Assembly (NCBI GenBank): GCA_951406725.2
Contig: OX597817.1
Coordinates: 23,250,001-23,314,000 of the forward strand
Length of the DNA stretch: 64,000 nucleotides
Origin: Octopus vulgaris
Lineage: Eukaryota
Direction: 5' to 3'
Shown piece after piece: positions 27,251 to 41,527 of the stretch (position 1 is the stretch's first letter; every line of letters starts with the position of its first letter). Below the pieces are notes generated by a model that was given only the letters and a program-made list of their open reading frames with translations, was not told the origin of the DNA and searched no databases. Made by a program: the position numbers and the translations under genes.

Positions 27251-28624
27251 AGAGAAAGGGAAGGGGAGAGGTAGGTAGGTAGGTAGGTAGGGAGGTAGGT
27301 AGGTAGTTTGGTAGGTAGGTGGATAAGTACTTACGGACGTATGTACGAATGTATGCATGTATATGCGTACTTAAGTATATATAACAGACGGATGTCGATT
27401 CACATATAGCAACACAAACAAAAAAAGATTAAATGAATTAATAACTCTTTCATCTCATTCACTTATGAAAATTCGAAGGCATTTTATATACGTTAGCTCT
27501 GACTGATTTTTATATATTTTTGTGTGTCTATGTGAGTGCGTGTGTGTGAGCGTTTGTGTGTGTGTGTGTTCTTGAATTACAGTGATTATACCATTGTTTT
27601 GGTTTAGAATACTTAACTTTGGAATGATTTCGTTTCATATTACACGGAAAAGGCAATATCACAGGATCTCAAACAAATAATTCACCTTGAGAGATACTGT
27701 GTCAAATTCAACTTGATTGTATATTTAAATTAAATTTTGCCGAGTGCAATAGTTACTCGCTTTCTCTGTAATATGAATAATAGATTAAAATGCTTTGAGC
27801 ATCCTACTAGCAAGTGTCAAAATAAATTTCTTTTGCCCATGAAGTCAAGTACTTAACACGTGCGATACACTTAAACGTCTTATCTATAGGCACATCTGTG
27901 TTAAAGAACTTAAAAAGAAATAAAATAAGTAAATAACAGTAAAACTAAAGCAGTTAATCACTAAGTTATATAAGTGAATTGTAACATTAAGAAGGTCTAA
28001 ATCACGTTATAAATCTGTTTTAATATATTTTAGATTCAATATTTGATAGTACAATATCGACTGTGTTCTGCAGTAGTATTTTGAACTTTTTTTCCAATCA
28101 CCTTCAACTTGCTCATAATATTTTCTAGCAGTTCATCTCTATTCAATTCCATCGATGCCCACTTTACTGTTTTATCTGATATTAGTTTTTCAGTTCTTTA
28201 GTTCCACTTCTTTGTATCTCTATTTATTTTCTCCTTTTTGGCATCGACCTTTATACACAAAGCACGCTTTACACGATTCGTGCTTTTATTATTTCTTGTT
28301 CTGAATGAGTTATCAATTTTTTTTGTTTCTGTACAAAGTTAGATCACACAATAATTTCAACAGTCTCTTGAATTCTTTTTTCTTTGTTTTTTCTTTTAAA
28401 TGCACTAACATTTTATGTCAAGACCTGGAAATTTGAAACAACAGAAAACCAGTATGAGAGAAAGAAAAATGAGAAAAAATAGAATTAGAAGAAAGAACAC
28501 AAGAAAATTGATAACATGTAGATAATTTCTGACGCTTTTCTACACGCACAAAGATTAAAACCTCCCATCATTTCCTCCCTTGAGCCTTTCGAAACGTCTG
28601 TGTGCGTGTGATGATATGTATGTA

Positions 28625-28685
<61 letters not shown>

Positions 28686-28780
28686 GTATATATATTGAGA
28701 GAGAGAGAGAGAAAGAGACACAATCACACACGTACAAAGAAAGAAAGAGAGAGTGCGTGTGTACTTGAGTACAATATATA

Positions 28781-28997
28781 TACGTGCAAGTACTGAAAAG
28801 TTTCTGGTTTTAAGGGTATTGCGAAAGGTTCGACCGGAGGCCCAAACATCCGAGTCCTTTTACAGGGCTTAGAAAAAAGTCAATGAGCGCTACAATACAT
28901 GAGAATCTTAGAGGGGAATATATTGAATAAAATCATAATTAGCTGATCTTCCTGTATTTTCTTTTCCCCAAAGCCAGAACTTTTCAGCACCTCTTCG

Positions 28998-28999
<2 letters not shown>
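28781..28999 (+). mobile_element. Mariner-derived MITE
   Basis: Imperfect TIRs tacg...actgaaaagtttctgg / ccagaacttttcagcac...cgta with TA flanks; internal LRGEYIE* resembles a mariner C-terminus. Confidence 0.7.
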
Positions 29000-29043
<44 letters not shown>

Positions 29044-29047
29044 TGTG

Positions 29048-29102
<55 letters not shown>

Positions 29103-30497
29103 TGCACGGACATAAATATAATTTTTTGACTTAGTTACTTACTTAATTATGCAGTCACCGTAGAAATTACTTGATAGGCAGTAAATTCAAAATAAACATG
29201 TTCCCCGGTGGTGCGTCCTAGGGTAAAAATACCAGACTGGGTATATCCCATCCTATATGAAAATTGGTCATGTCCTTAATGAGGGACAAAACGGAAAATA
29301 CAACGAAAAGGTAACACTCGAAATCAAATGGACGTAAAAAGGAAAGTAATTATAAAAATACAATATAACACATATGACAGGCAGTAATACCAATAAATTA
29401 TATTGGTTTCAACTTTCGGCACAAGTCCAGCAATATCGGGGAGTGGGGGACGTAAGTCGATTAAATCGACCTCGAAGTGGTGGAGGGCACGTCGACCACA
29501 TCGGTATTTGAATTGAGGACGTAAAGTCGCAAGAAATGCTGTTAAGCTTTTTCCCTACGCGATAACGAATATGCCAGTTCACCGCCTTATGCTAACTGAT
29601 GAATATTAAATTGATAATTACTAAGGTATATGCAGCGAGAATAAAGTATGTACTCAATATTATGTACTCATGTTCCATGCATATATGCACTTATGTATCA
29701 ATCCACTTCGTACGAATGGTCTAAGAGCATCCAACGATGGGTAGACAGATCTGCTAGACTATATAGAAAGTTTTCCGAATGATGTAAAGATAGGATGAAT
29801 ATTAAGCGTAGAATTTATAATTCTTGTAGTCGTATGAAAATCCAAGTTTACCCCAAATACTTGTTGAAATGGTGCCGTCTTTTAAAACATTTCGGAAACT
29901 TCATTTAGAGAGCAGATATTCCAACGCACTGAATATGAGGAAACACTTCATGTCTGTACTTTTGTTAGTCAAAGAGAAGTTATACTTCTTACACAACTCG
30001 TCAAATATCAAACCACTTCACCAACGAAGTTTCTATGTTTATTTTCAAAATGCCTGACCATGCTTCAAAATTGAAAATGCCTCTTAAGGACGTTTAATGA
30101 AAGCTATGAAACTTTGAAGATTATAAAGAAATTGTTGTTGGTATCCGTTCCATATTGATCGATTGACTTGAATCTTCATTTGATATCTCATGATTACATA
30201 TAACAATGTAAGCTGGATGAAAATGTAATAAAAATAAGAACGCTTCTAGAGTTTAACACAAGGTTATTAAATTTGAAATTGGGTGCGGGAAGTTAAGTCG
30301 ATTACATCGGCGCAAGCGTTTAACGTGTACTTATTTTGTGGACCCCGGAATGATGAAATGCAAAGTCGACCTCTCTGGAATTTGAACTTAGAACGTGCAG
30401 ATGCACAAAATTTAGCTGATCATCTTGGCCGGTATGCCTATCGGTTCTGCCAGCTCGTTGTCTTGTTAACAACAACAACAACAACAACAGCAACAGC

Positions 30498-30537
<40 letters not shown>

Positions 30538-30644
30538 GCAACAACAACAACAACAACAACAGCAGCAACAGCAGCAACAACAACAGCAGCAGCAGCAGCA
30601 ACAACAACAACAACAACATCAACAACAGCAGCAACAATAATAAT

Positions 30645-32661
30645 GAACAGCAAAATCCTGTGGGATGTAAGGATCTAGTGCGATCAACTGACCAGACATA
30701 AGAAACCGGACATTGCTGTCATGAATAAAAATGAATGAACATGAATGATTACCGACATAGCATGCCCCATTGTCAATGGGATCGAAGGGGAAGAGTAAGA
30801 AAAAATAAACAACTATAACGATTTGAAGTGGGAAATACAAAGGTTGTAGGCAATAAAGAGAGTAGACGCAATGCCAATAGTAATCGGTGCACTTAGAAGT
30901 ATCCCCACTCGGCTACCAACATGGCTGAAAAAGATCGGTGCAAATATGAAGGTAGAACACCTAAAAAAATCAGCATTACTTGCATCTGCAAGATTTCTTC
31001 GCAAGGTTCTTGAAGTATGCCCAGTAAACAAGCGTCACTTTGGTCTGCTGGCAGCTGACATTTCCATCATACCTAACAAAATAAGCTGTGAGCTTTCATA
31101 TAATAATAATGATAATGATAATTATGATAATATAGAGAGGATTTGTTTCCCAAGAAAAGTAGGCGGAACAGGCCTGATACAGCTGGAACATTCCTTCAAA
31201 TGAGCAATAATGGGCCTTGAAACTCACCTTAATACAACAAGTGATGTGTTCTTACGAACTGCACTCAAGCATGAAGATTTCAAGCAGGCTTCAGTCATGA
31301 AACGTCGTCAGAAATTCAAAAAGTCTCTTGGCCTACAAGTTAACAATAAGAATGACCAAAGACACCCAAATAATGACAGACCTAACATTGCTTCTCCTGA
31401 TTAAGAAATTAACAATCAGAAAGACGAACGAGATCCAAATACTGACAAACCTATCACTGATGCAAAAAAAAAATAATAAATCAAACAAAAAGTAAAGAAT
31501 AATGCATGAATAATATCGAAGACAACTGGAAAGGCAAGCTCCTGCATGGAAAATACCCTAACTGATTCTCTAAGCCAGATATTAACCGAAACCTAACACT
31601 CCAATGGCTACAAAGGAAAGATCTGAAAGGACAAAAATACATTTTTCGTATTGCAGCACAAGATCAGAGCTTACCTACCAGAAAATACCATGCAAACGTC
31701 CTTAAAGATGGATCTGACCACTCGTGCAGAATTTGCGGAAAAATTCAGAGACAGTTGATCATGTTGATTCTGGCTGCAAAGTCCTTACTGAAATGGATTA
31801 ATTCATAAGACGCGGTAGACTAGCGCAGTATATCCACTGGAATGCTTGTAAATACTACAAAATTAAATCCTTGATAAGTGGTAAGGTAATATCCAGTGGA
31901 TATAGTAAATGGCGAGGGTGTCACTATATTTTGGAAATTCCCCATTACAAACAGACAGAAAAACCGACTCCAATTGACCACTCATTGTGATCAAAGACTA
32001 CAATAGATGCACTTGTCTGTTAATAGATATGTCTGAACCACAAGATCAAAATGTCTCAAGAAAAGAATACAAAAATCTTTTTCACTATAAAGATCTACAA
32101 ATTGAAATCACAAAAGTGCAGAAGCTTAGTACTACAATAATACCACCAGTAATTGGTACGTTAGGAATGATAAAGTAGGCGGCGAGATGGCAGAAACGTT
32201 AGCACGCCGGGCGAAATGTTTAGCGGTATTTCGTCTGCTGTTACGTTCTGAGTTCAAATTCGCCGAGGTCGACTTTGCCTTTCATCCTTTCGGGGTCGAT
32301 TAAATAAGTACCAGTTACGCACTGGTGTCAATATAATCGACTTAATCCCTTTATCTGTCCTTGTGTGTCCTCTCTATGTTTTGCCCCTGGTGGGCAATAA
32401 AGAAATAGGAATGATAAAGAAGGGATGTGAGAAGTATATTAAGCAACTGCCTGATAGCTCCAATCTCCAAGAACTACAAAAGATAACCTCGATGGGTGCA
32501 GCCCCTATACTACGGAAAGCATTCTCCATCTAAAATGGAATAAATGTGGTGCTAATTTTAGCATGCATAGCAAAACAAATGTGCCCTTGCTAGTCTTGGC
32601 GTCCGGAGGATGCCAGGTACCAAGGCAGCTGGAATAAAGTTATAATGAAAGGAAACCATAG

Positions 32662-32701
<40 letters not shown>

Positions 32702-32783
32702 CACCACCACCACCACTACCACCACCACCACCAACATCACTACTACTACTACTACTACCACCACCTAGACCACCACCACCACC

Positions 32784-32833
<50 letters not shown>

Positions 32834-32854
32834 CACCACTACTACACCACCACT

Positions 32855-32887
<33 letters not shown>

Positions 32888-33320
32888 GCTACTACTACTA
32901 CTACTACTACTACTAATAATAATAATAATAATAATGATAATAATAATAAGTTGCTGACTAGATATGGGATACTCCACCCAAAAAGTGACACAAACCGACT
33001 GTATGTACCAAGAAAAAGAGAGGGGGGATAGGACTGATTGGATGCAAATGCAGCGTTAGAGCAAAAAGAAACAACATATAATGGTATGTAAAAAATGCCA
33101 CAGAACCACCATAATTGGAGGTAAGAAGGTTAGGCTTGTGTAAAATGGAAGAGTTCAAAAAGACTGATACATGTGTGAAAGTAGTACAGCTACATAAAAC
33201 TGCACTGCTTGGAACTGCAAGATTTCTTCACAGGGTTCTTGAAGCATGACAATTAAACAAGTGTCACCTTACTCTGCTGACTGTGAACAGCTGACACTTT
33301 CCATTATACCCAGCAAAATA
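30645..33320 (+). mobile_element. Tandem stack of three R4/Dong-like LINE fragments separated by trinucleotide repeats
   Basis: KILWDV...KPDIAV; IVIGALRSIP; RICFPRKVGG.GL; IAAQDQSL; CRICG...ETVDHV.SGC (CCHC finger); LLIDMSEP; LHPKSDTNRLYVPRK; KTALLGTARFL. Confidence 0.85.
32176..32405 (+). mobile_element. Full-length tRNA-derived SINE with 14-bp target-site duplication
   Basis: A-box-like tggcagaaacgttag and B-box gagttcaaattc; central gcctttcatcctttcggggtcgat; TSD taggaatgataaag at 32162-32175 and 32406-32419; interrupts the LINE frame. Confidence 0.9.
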
Positions 33321-35962
33321 TTATACCTTGTCAGCAAGATATAATATATACGATGCTCTTTTTGATAAAGTCGTTATCACAGTTCTGATCGAGTGTAATT
33401 ATTACCAAATTCGTCCCCGTTTGGTTCATTCAGTCAAACCAGTGGTACGTGATCCAATGTTTGCTTTTTACTGAGACAAGTTTGTGAGGTGAATTATTCA
33501 GTTGATAGAGTGTACAAAGAAGCAACCTCGTCATCCTCATAGTGAGGATGGAGGTGTAAGCGTTTGTATCATTGGTCTCTTAATGAACACATCTGATTGC
33601 GATGACCTTGATCATATTATAGCAGTTGTTTATTCAGAATGGAACTAGTATTTAGATGCTTATGAATATTGTCAGTTTTCTTTTTATAATTCAATATCTG
33701 TCTACGATACGCCATGTACATCTGAAATTTTGTGACAACATTTTACTACATGGGGATTTCGCTTATAGGTCTTTAATGCATAGTTGTTAAATGCGTATTC
33801 AGTCACCGACCACAATGACAGTGCACAACTTCTAAGAAATAGCTAACAAATTTACACATGTACCAGGGTTAGCATCTTAATTAGTGAAAGACATATTGCA
33901 CAATGCATTCCTAAATATAAAGAATGAATGGATAAGCACGACTTAAACACTCTTCCTTATAAATTTGTACAATTAATGACATTTAATGCACACCTGGAGC
34001 TTAACGTCAATATTAGCGAATTCTCAAAACAAACTGCACTCCGTTATCAGCAATTCAATTTAATGAACAGCTTCACTTTATACTGACTACAACTTTGTTT
34101 TGAGTCACTAATAAATGTCTAGGACCTGTAAGAAATAGAAGCTAAATTTCGCCAGCAGAACCTGTGTTAAATAAAGTACCTGCTACGATGATGCTAACGG
34201 AAAATATGAGCATGAATTACAGAATGTTCATTGAGTTGTCCGCCTATAGTTATAGGCAAGGTTGATCTGGAGGGATTTTTGTTTAAAAATAAAGAAACAA
34301 CATAGGCTTCAAAATATCTTATGAAGTTGTTGCCAAGAGATTGCTGTGCAACAGTTTGCACAGGGCTAAATAGAAAAATATCCTTTATTTAATAGTTGTA
34401 TGACGCCATTTGCTGAGGCGAGGTTATTCACATCTATTCTTTCAAGAGATATACAGATAATAACAGACAAAATATAACGCATGGAGACATAAATGGCGAG
34501 GAATTTTTTCTTTGAATGCGAAATGTTAAATTGTTGGGAGAAATATAATAAAAAAAAGTATTGTGTAAACAAAATTGCAGAAATATAGCAGTTAAACGAT
34601 AGAGAATTTATATATAGCAGTCATTTTGCTGAAATAGCCACGAGAAATTTGTTTAATTACAGTTATTAATTCTATAAATGAGAATTTATTTTGTATTTTT
34701 AAAATTTTACATATGGATCAACATTTTAAAATGTTGAAATAATTAAAAATGCAGCTGACTATTGAATTTAGCGGATGCAATACTATCTAAGCAGGTGATG
34801 TCGTTTAGTGGAAGTTATTACAAGAAATACCACATGCTTCTCATTCCAATGAGAAATATAAAGTAACAAATCGGTTTAAAGAGATTAAGTTTTGTTTCTT
34901 TTTATTCACACGCTTATACAAACACGCATAAGTACATATACCTACGTTCATAAATATACGTATATTGAGAAGGAGAAATACAGAGAGCGAGATATACAGA
35001 TATACCTACAAATTTGCAGACATATACACATATACATGCATTTAACTCTGGTGAAAAAAAAATCTGGCTACACTAATGGAAATGATGTTTTATACAATTC
35101 AGTATAGGATATGTCAGTCCTCGACATTTGGCTGCAAAAGAGCAGTCATGCTGTCAGCTACACTTTGAAAATTCTTGCCGTATTCCTTAACTAACTCCTG
35201 TAATGAAACCAGCATTATTTTCTCTTTTAAATCCGAAATTAATGAAGCATTATAACATGTAATTTTCTTTCTTATGTATCTATGCCTATTCTAAAGTGTT
35301 CATGTTAGTATTTGGCTCCATCTATTTAATTAATAGTGTAATATCATAATGGCTTACGCTTCGTTTGCTGCATTTTGCATAATGGCAGGTGAACCATCTT
35401 GCTGGAATATAACGTAATTACTGATGATCATGTACATAGACAACTGCTTAAAATAACTGGAGAGTTAACGCAAATTGTTGTACCGCGCGGTAAATCCATA
35501 ATTCTAAATAATTCCTTTATAGTGATCAACATTGTAGCATATTGGAAGGTCATTGACGTTTGTTAGTGTTTCCTTAGCATATTAACTTTAAACATGAAGG
35601 CGGCGAGCATGCAGTTTCGCTAGCACTCCGGTTAAATCCTCAGCGGCGTTTCGTCCGTCTTTAGGTTCTGAGTTAAGGGTTGATAAAGATGTACCGGTTG
35701 AGCACTGGAGGCGATGTAATCTAGATACCCTTTTCCTCGAAACAGAATCCCTTGTACCACATTGTGAAGCCAATATTATATCTAGACATTAGATGCGAGC
35801 TCATGGTAATTTCCCCACTGAGAATCACTTTAATGCAAGACTTTCTATTCCAGATTTTAAATCTCTACAAAAAAGCAGGTGCATGCTAATGTACTTTGCT
35901 CTGTAGCCGTTGGTTTGCTGTACATATTTTCAAATAAATATCATGGCATTGTTGCTTTATTT

Positions 35963-36013
<51 letters not shown>

Positions 36014-36843
36014 TTGTTATTACGGGTAACTGTGCTTCTATGTTGTCAAAATAATGCATCATACAGGTGTATAGATAATGCATCATACAATAAATTAAAC
36101 AGTGATCAAGCAACAACTGTTTCATTTGCTAAGTTATTTGGATTTATCTAAAGAAACTGAGACAAATGTGTCTGGAGTATACAATGATATACATTTGCTG
36201 AAACTATAGAAATTATGAGTTTTTTCTTCAGGGGGTATTTCTGTAAATTTATGAAACATTGATAGGGGGAAAATAATATAAGTACAAAAAGGAATTAGTA
36301 GTTCTTGCGTACGTTTCATCACAGCAGTTATTTGGAACTCAGCATTGAATGTTGTGGATAGGCATGCAAATACTTATTTGGAACATCCAATGCTGAATTC
36401 CAAATTACCAATTCCAAATGCTGAAACATAAGATCGAATTTATAATTTAAGCTTGTGTTTGTCTTAGTTCTCACCTACATTTGCTCTGTATATCATAAAT
36501 AGTAGCATAGCTAAGAATGGTTGGTGTCTAACCACTCCAATGGACACTGACTGGATAATGATAACCTACGTGGAGCTCTAACTCATATAGTAGTGATCTT
36601 ACCTTTAATTGCACGCACAAGATATGAAACATTCATATACCTTTCTAGTAACATACATGCTACTCTGAAATATTTTGTCCTGTACGTATTACAATATATG
36701 AACCAAATTAATATTATTACTTATAAATATGTAGATATTTTTCTATAAACATCAACAAAATCCAAAACTTTACTTTTAATTTTACTAACACATGCACACA
36801 CACAGACATACTCTATACACACATACATGTTTATATATATATG

Positions 36844-36896
<53 letters not shown>

Positions 36897-36904
36897 CTCT
36901 CCTA

Positions 36905-36937
<33 letters not shown>

Positions 36938-38568
36938 ATCTATCTATATATCTATCTATCTATCTATCGATCTATCTATATATATATATAATATAATTTA
37001 AATAATATATAAATACATGCATATATACATACGTATATATACGTACCTACATATATATATATATACATGCATATATGGGTACAGGTCAGAAAAAAAACGT
37101 GGAGAGAATGAGAAACGAGACATGCAACATAAGGAATATTCCTTTCATCAATTGGACTCTGTTTTATCTCTTCCGCGTTTCGAGTTTTGTATATCACCCG
37201 ATGACTTACCTCAGCGCCGTCGGATGCCTCTGAACCAGTTGTTAAGTGTCCCACCCGTGAGGGATCGATGTTAGATGCATCAAAAACAATTGTTGTGATT
37301 AAGAATGTCTTCTCCTATATTCCATCTCCTGTCTTTCCTTGACCACACACACACACACACATATATATAACATTTGTGTTAACTCCTTTCTACGGATGAA
37401 GATGTAAATAACAAGAGAGCAAATATGCGTTGACTCATTTCTAATGGAAACCGTGTTAATTAAATTGTTATGAATATATTTCAATCATAGCATTCGCTGA
37501 TCCGTTATATTTCCGTGCAAGGAAATCGATAATATTACCAAATCTTCTCAATCCAATGTATATGGGTGTTGTTTTGACAAATATGGTGCTTGCTTTCGTG
37601 ACCAAAGTGAGAATTACAACCTATATCAATATACATAGTAAACAGCATTCTCGTACAGAAGTCTACTCTTCATTATACAAGAGTGCAACATTTTACACGT
37701 TCGACTTGATTAAATCTGTTCTATATTGTGTAAGGTTTGCCATGTTACTCAATCCAGGTTATTCCAATTCAGGTTTGTGTATTCTGTAATCGCAATCAAG
37801 TAGCCTCTGTATAGTAAAAACAATCTCAGAATCGGTGGTAAAATATGCAAAAACAAATCATGTTGCTCGTTTTTCTAGATACAGAAGAACATGCAGTTAA
37901 ATACCACTTCAATTTTTCATTGCGAAAATTGCAGGCATATTAAAAATACCTAGATTTATATTTTATCTTTAAATATGCGACTTTTGTGCAAGTAAAATTC
38001 TGAATGCTTATTTCACGTCTGCTTACTACGGGTCTGCGAAATGGAACCTTTTGAAAACTGTTTTTATAATTTTATGTTACTTAATATATTTTTGTAGTGC
38101 TAATTCAGAATATCAAAATATCAGGCCTTCATTAGTCACGGTCTTCTCACAAATCAATGCTAAAATGTACCATAGTTTGTAGGTAAATGTGCATATGGTG
38201 GGACAAAATGTAACAAATAAAAATGAATTTGGTATTTTCTTTACCTTTATATATTAGAATGTCAAATATGAAATTTGTAGTAAGGCATATGGTAAACTTT
38301 GATATTTTGCGCCATTATTATACTTGATAATTTTAATTTTTTATTAGAAAGCTGACATATCTATTCCTTTATTCTAACTCATTTTGCGATTTATTATGTA
38401 ACACATATTTATAATGCAACGCATATTGAGCAAGCCTTCTAAAGAGCCAGCTTCTTATGTTGGTTTCTTAATTTCGAATCAAAGTAGACAAAGCAACATT
38501 GATTTGACATATTCGGTAAGTTCCTCTGACATTTCTTACACAAGAAGTGTAACACAAGTCACCCATAC

Positions 38569-38618
38569 TTGCTGCACGTCTTCTAGAAGACGAAGGATGT
38601 CTTCAGATAATGTGAAGT
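38569..38618 (-). CDS. Putative 50-nt internal coding exon ([D]FTLSEDILRLLEDVQQ)
   Basis: Acceptor tccctttcctctttcttttcag|AC and donor CAA|GTATGG; open frame with phase 1 start and phase 0 end. Confidence 0.5.
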
Positions 38619-38665
38619 CTGAAAAGAAAGAGGAAAGGGAATATTCTTTTTAAAACATAAATTTG

Positions 38666-38835
38666 ATTTACCAACGTGACTGTGTGCTAAGAAGCTTCCT
38701 TCCAAACCAAATGGTTCTGAGTAGAGTTCCACTGCGTGGCATCTTGAGCAAGTGGCTTCTACTATAGCCACGAGCCGACAACAGCCTTGTGAATGAATTT
38801 TGTTGACGGAAACTCAAAGAAGCCCGTCGTATATA
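38666..38835 (+). mobile_element. 5' half of tRNA/CORE-like SINE
   Basis: tRNA-like head, then ggcatcttgagcaagtggcttctactatagcc...gacggaaact.aaagaagcccgtcg; overlaps the sequence of the 10168 copy. Confidence 0.7.
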
Positions 38836-39199
38836 TATATATATTATATAGAGGGCACTATTACACATAGATACCGCACACTGGGAGGGACTTTTAAAGT
38901 CAAAACTACCAAAATAAACAAATTGTACCGAATGCAATCTTCGAAGCGAGTCATTTAAAAATAGAATTTAGTTACATATCACCTGTAATTTCGCAATCAA
39001 TGCAGTATATGCATTTTATGTTCTTCAGTGCAACGAACTCAAGACATGTATTAATAAACAAACACAACATACCAGATAAGCAACCGCAGCGTTCATCGCA
39101 GCATGTAGGAATGTTTATCCTTACATATCTATGTATATATGTTTATTTTGGTAGTCCCTCCTAGCGTGCGGCATCTATGTGTAATAGTGCCCTCTATAT

Positions 39200-40195
39200 A
39201 ATATAAATAAATATTTACAAGTTGAAAAATTTACGGATTTTTTCTCTTACGAGGTTTTTTCAGGCTAACTACTTGATAATTTCTTATGAAGATTTTATCC
39301 TATTTTTAAATGTATATATATAAATATATATATAAATGAAAACTGTATAAACAAACGACAAAACGTATACTAAACGTAAAAACGAACGGGAAACAAAACA
39401 GAAGGTCCGTAATTCTTCATCAATTATCGACCATTTGGTAATATTCAAATTCGCTCCTTTTAGCGATTGGCGGTGCCCGCAAAAAAGAAAAGTTTTCTTG
39501 TGGAGAATAAGGGACAAGAGAAAACAAAACAAAAGAAGCAAAACGACACAGAGTAGGATTTAGTATGGTGGAAGAGGACGAACAGTCGAACAAAATACGG
39601 CCTTATGGCGAAGGAGACGAGAATAGTAGGTAACGCTTAGAAAATGTCTTGAAGGATGGAGAAAGGAGAGACAGATAATATGTAACTGGTTAGCTAAGGA
39701 ACCAGTGTAAGAAACAAAGGAAAATTGGAACTGGCCACTGACCACATGACAACAGCAGGGAGAGGGAGCGACAGAGAAAAAAAGGAAAGGGACGAAGGGA
39801 TAGGAAAGGTTAAGAATACTAGAAAGGGAGAGAAAGAAAATGAGTAAGCAGGAGGGGTAGAACAGAAGTGAGAGTGTTAGAGAAAGAAAAGAGGAAAGAA
39901 TAAAGGCAAACAAGAGAGAGAGCCACACGGTTATATATAAAAAAAATACTTCTTAATACAAACAGGTTCGTAATTCTTCATAAGTTATCGACTAACTGGT
40001 TACATTCAGTTTCACACCTTTCAGGATAATACTGGAAGCTTCTCAATTGGCAGTGACCCCATCATCATCACGAAGTCTTATTGTGGAGAAAATAAGGGAC
40101 AAAATCAAATCAAGCAAAACGACACGGTGTGTGATTTAGGACGGTGGACGAGGACGAAATGTCGAACAATATACGGCCTTGGGGTCCAAGGAGAG
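39200..40195 (-). mobile_element. PLE-type remnant with duplicated terminal segment
   Basis: 39408-39620 is repeated (diverged) at 39969-40195; 39360-39450 has an inverted homologue at 49975-50095; the end motif is shared with 1775-1800. Confidence 0.5.
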
Positions 40196-40199
40196 GTAT

Positions 40200-40430
40200 A
40201 TATGTATAAGTTTGTGTGTCTGTATTTGTTCCCCTCACCATCGCTTAGCAAACGATGTTGGTGTGTTTACGTTCCCGCAACTTAGCAGTTCGACAAAAGA
40301 GAACCAATAGAATAAGTACCAGCCTTACAAAGAATAAGTCCTGGAGTCGATTTGTTCGACTAAAGGCGGTGTTCCAGGATGGCCGCAGTCAAATGACTAA
40401 AATATATAAAAGAGCAAAAGAGTAAAAGAG
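40200..40430 (+). mobile_element. 3' half of tRNA/CORE-like SINE
   Basis: Homologous to 10234-10450; ends in aaaagag repeats. Confidence 0.75.
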
Positions 40431-41453
40431 TATATAACTAAAGAAGCACTGAAATGTAAATATGGCGCAATAAAACAATATGTTGTTGGTAAACGTTGCT
40501 GAAAGGCACGAGAAAATAACTGAAGAAGAAATAAGATACGTTTTAACGTAAGCAACGTGATCTTGTAAAGTGCATCTTTCTCTTTCAGTTAATGAGCGTA
40601 TAAAGCTACAGTGATGCAGACACCGCTCTCTGTGGCTGAAGTAGTATAAACATTGTTCGATACTTATTTTTCAAAATGACACCAATTAGTTTCACTTGTA
40701 TAGTCTATTTAAATAAGGCAATTAATAGTAAAATAAACGACGATGTCTAAATTGGGTAAAATAGCAAAATGCAATGATAGAATTTGCGAAGTAACAGTAC
40801 GTGATAGGATAATTTCTTTGAAATTCTTTAATTTAGCAGCTAAAATTTCATGAACTTCACAAAAACAGAAATGTTTTGGTCGCAGACCTAATTAATTTAG
40901 TTGCTTTCAATAACTTATAAATTTATACATTCTGTTTGATCCTTTAGAATCCTTTAGAAAACTGATTATTAACACACAACTATCCATGACCATGTCATGT
41001 AAGCAAAAGAACAATTTTTTCTTCAAATATTCTACAGAGTTATATTTAATAGGTGTAATTGTTCTCCACAAACTTTGACCCTTAAAAAATACTGATTGAT
41101 ATTTTATATAATATACTGGGTGCTAAAATCTTAATCTTATATCAATAAATATTTGGCGAAAAATATTAAAGTGGAAATGCTATTCTCAGAATGGTTTACT
41201 AACAATTCTGAACAACAATTTTCTTAGAGAGAAATCAATCGTGTAGAAAGAAGGATGTTATGGGGAAAAAATTTCGAGATTGAAAAGAGAATAATAAGTA
41301 AATGGAAATTTATTGGTCAGAGTAGAATAGGGAATGGAGTACTTAAATGGTTAGTAGTTTCGTAAATATGTGCAATCAAGAAGAGTATGAAATGCATGTA
41401 CATACATATATTAACATACAAAGACCAGCACTAATTTCTCTGATTTTTGTTTT

Positions 41454-41519
<66 letters not shown>

Positions 41520-41527
41520 ATCACATA

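Noticed and set aside
35359-35402. Possible extra minus-strand exon QDGSPAIMQNAANE (ttccag|...|gtaagc), phase-compatible with the 38569 exon
   Set aside because: The context reads FQQDGSPA, close to the Tc1/mariner FQQDGAPAH motif, so a transposase remnant is more likely; it also ends in phase 2 and would not join the 17431 frame. Not fully excluded.
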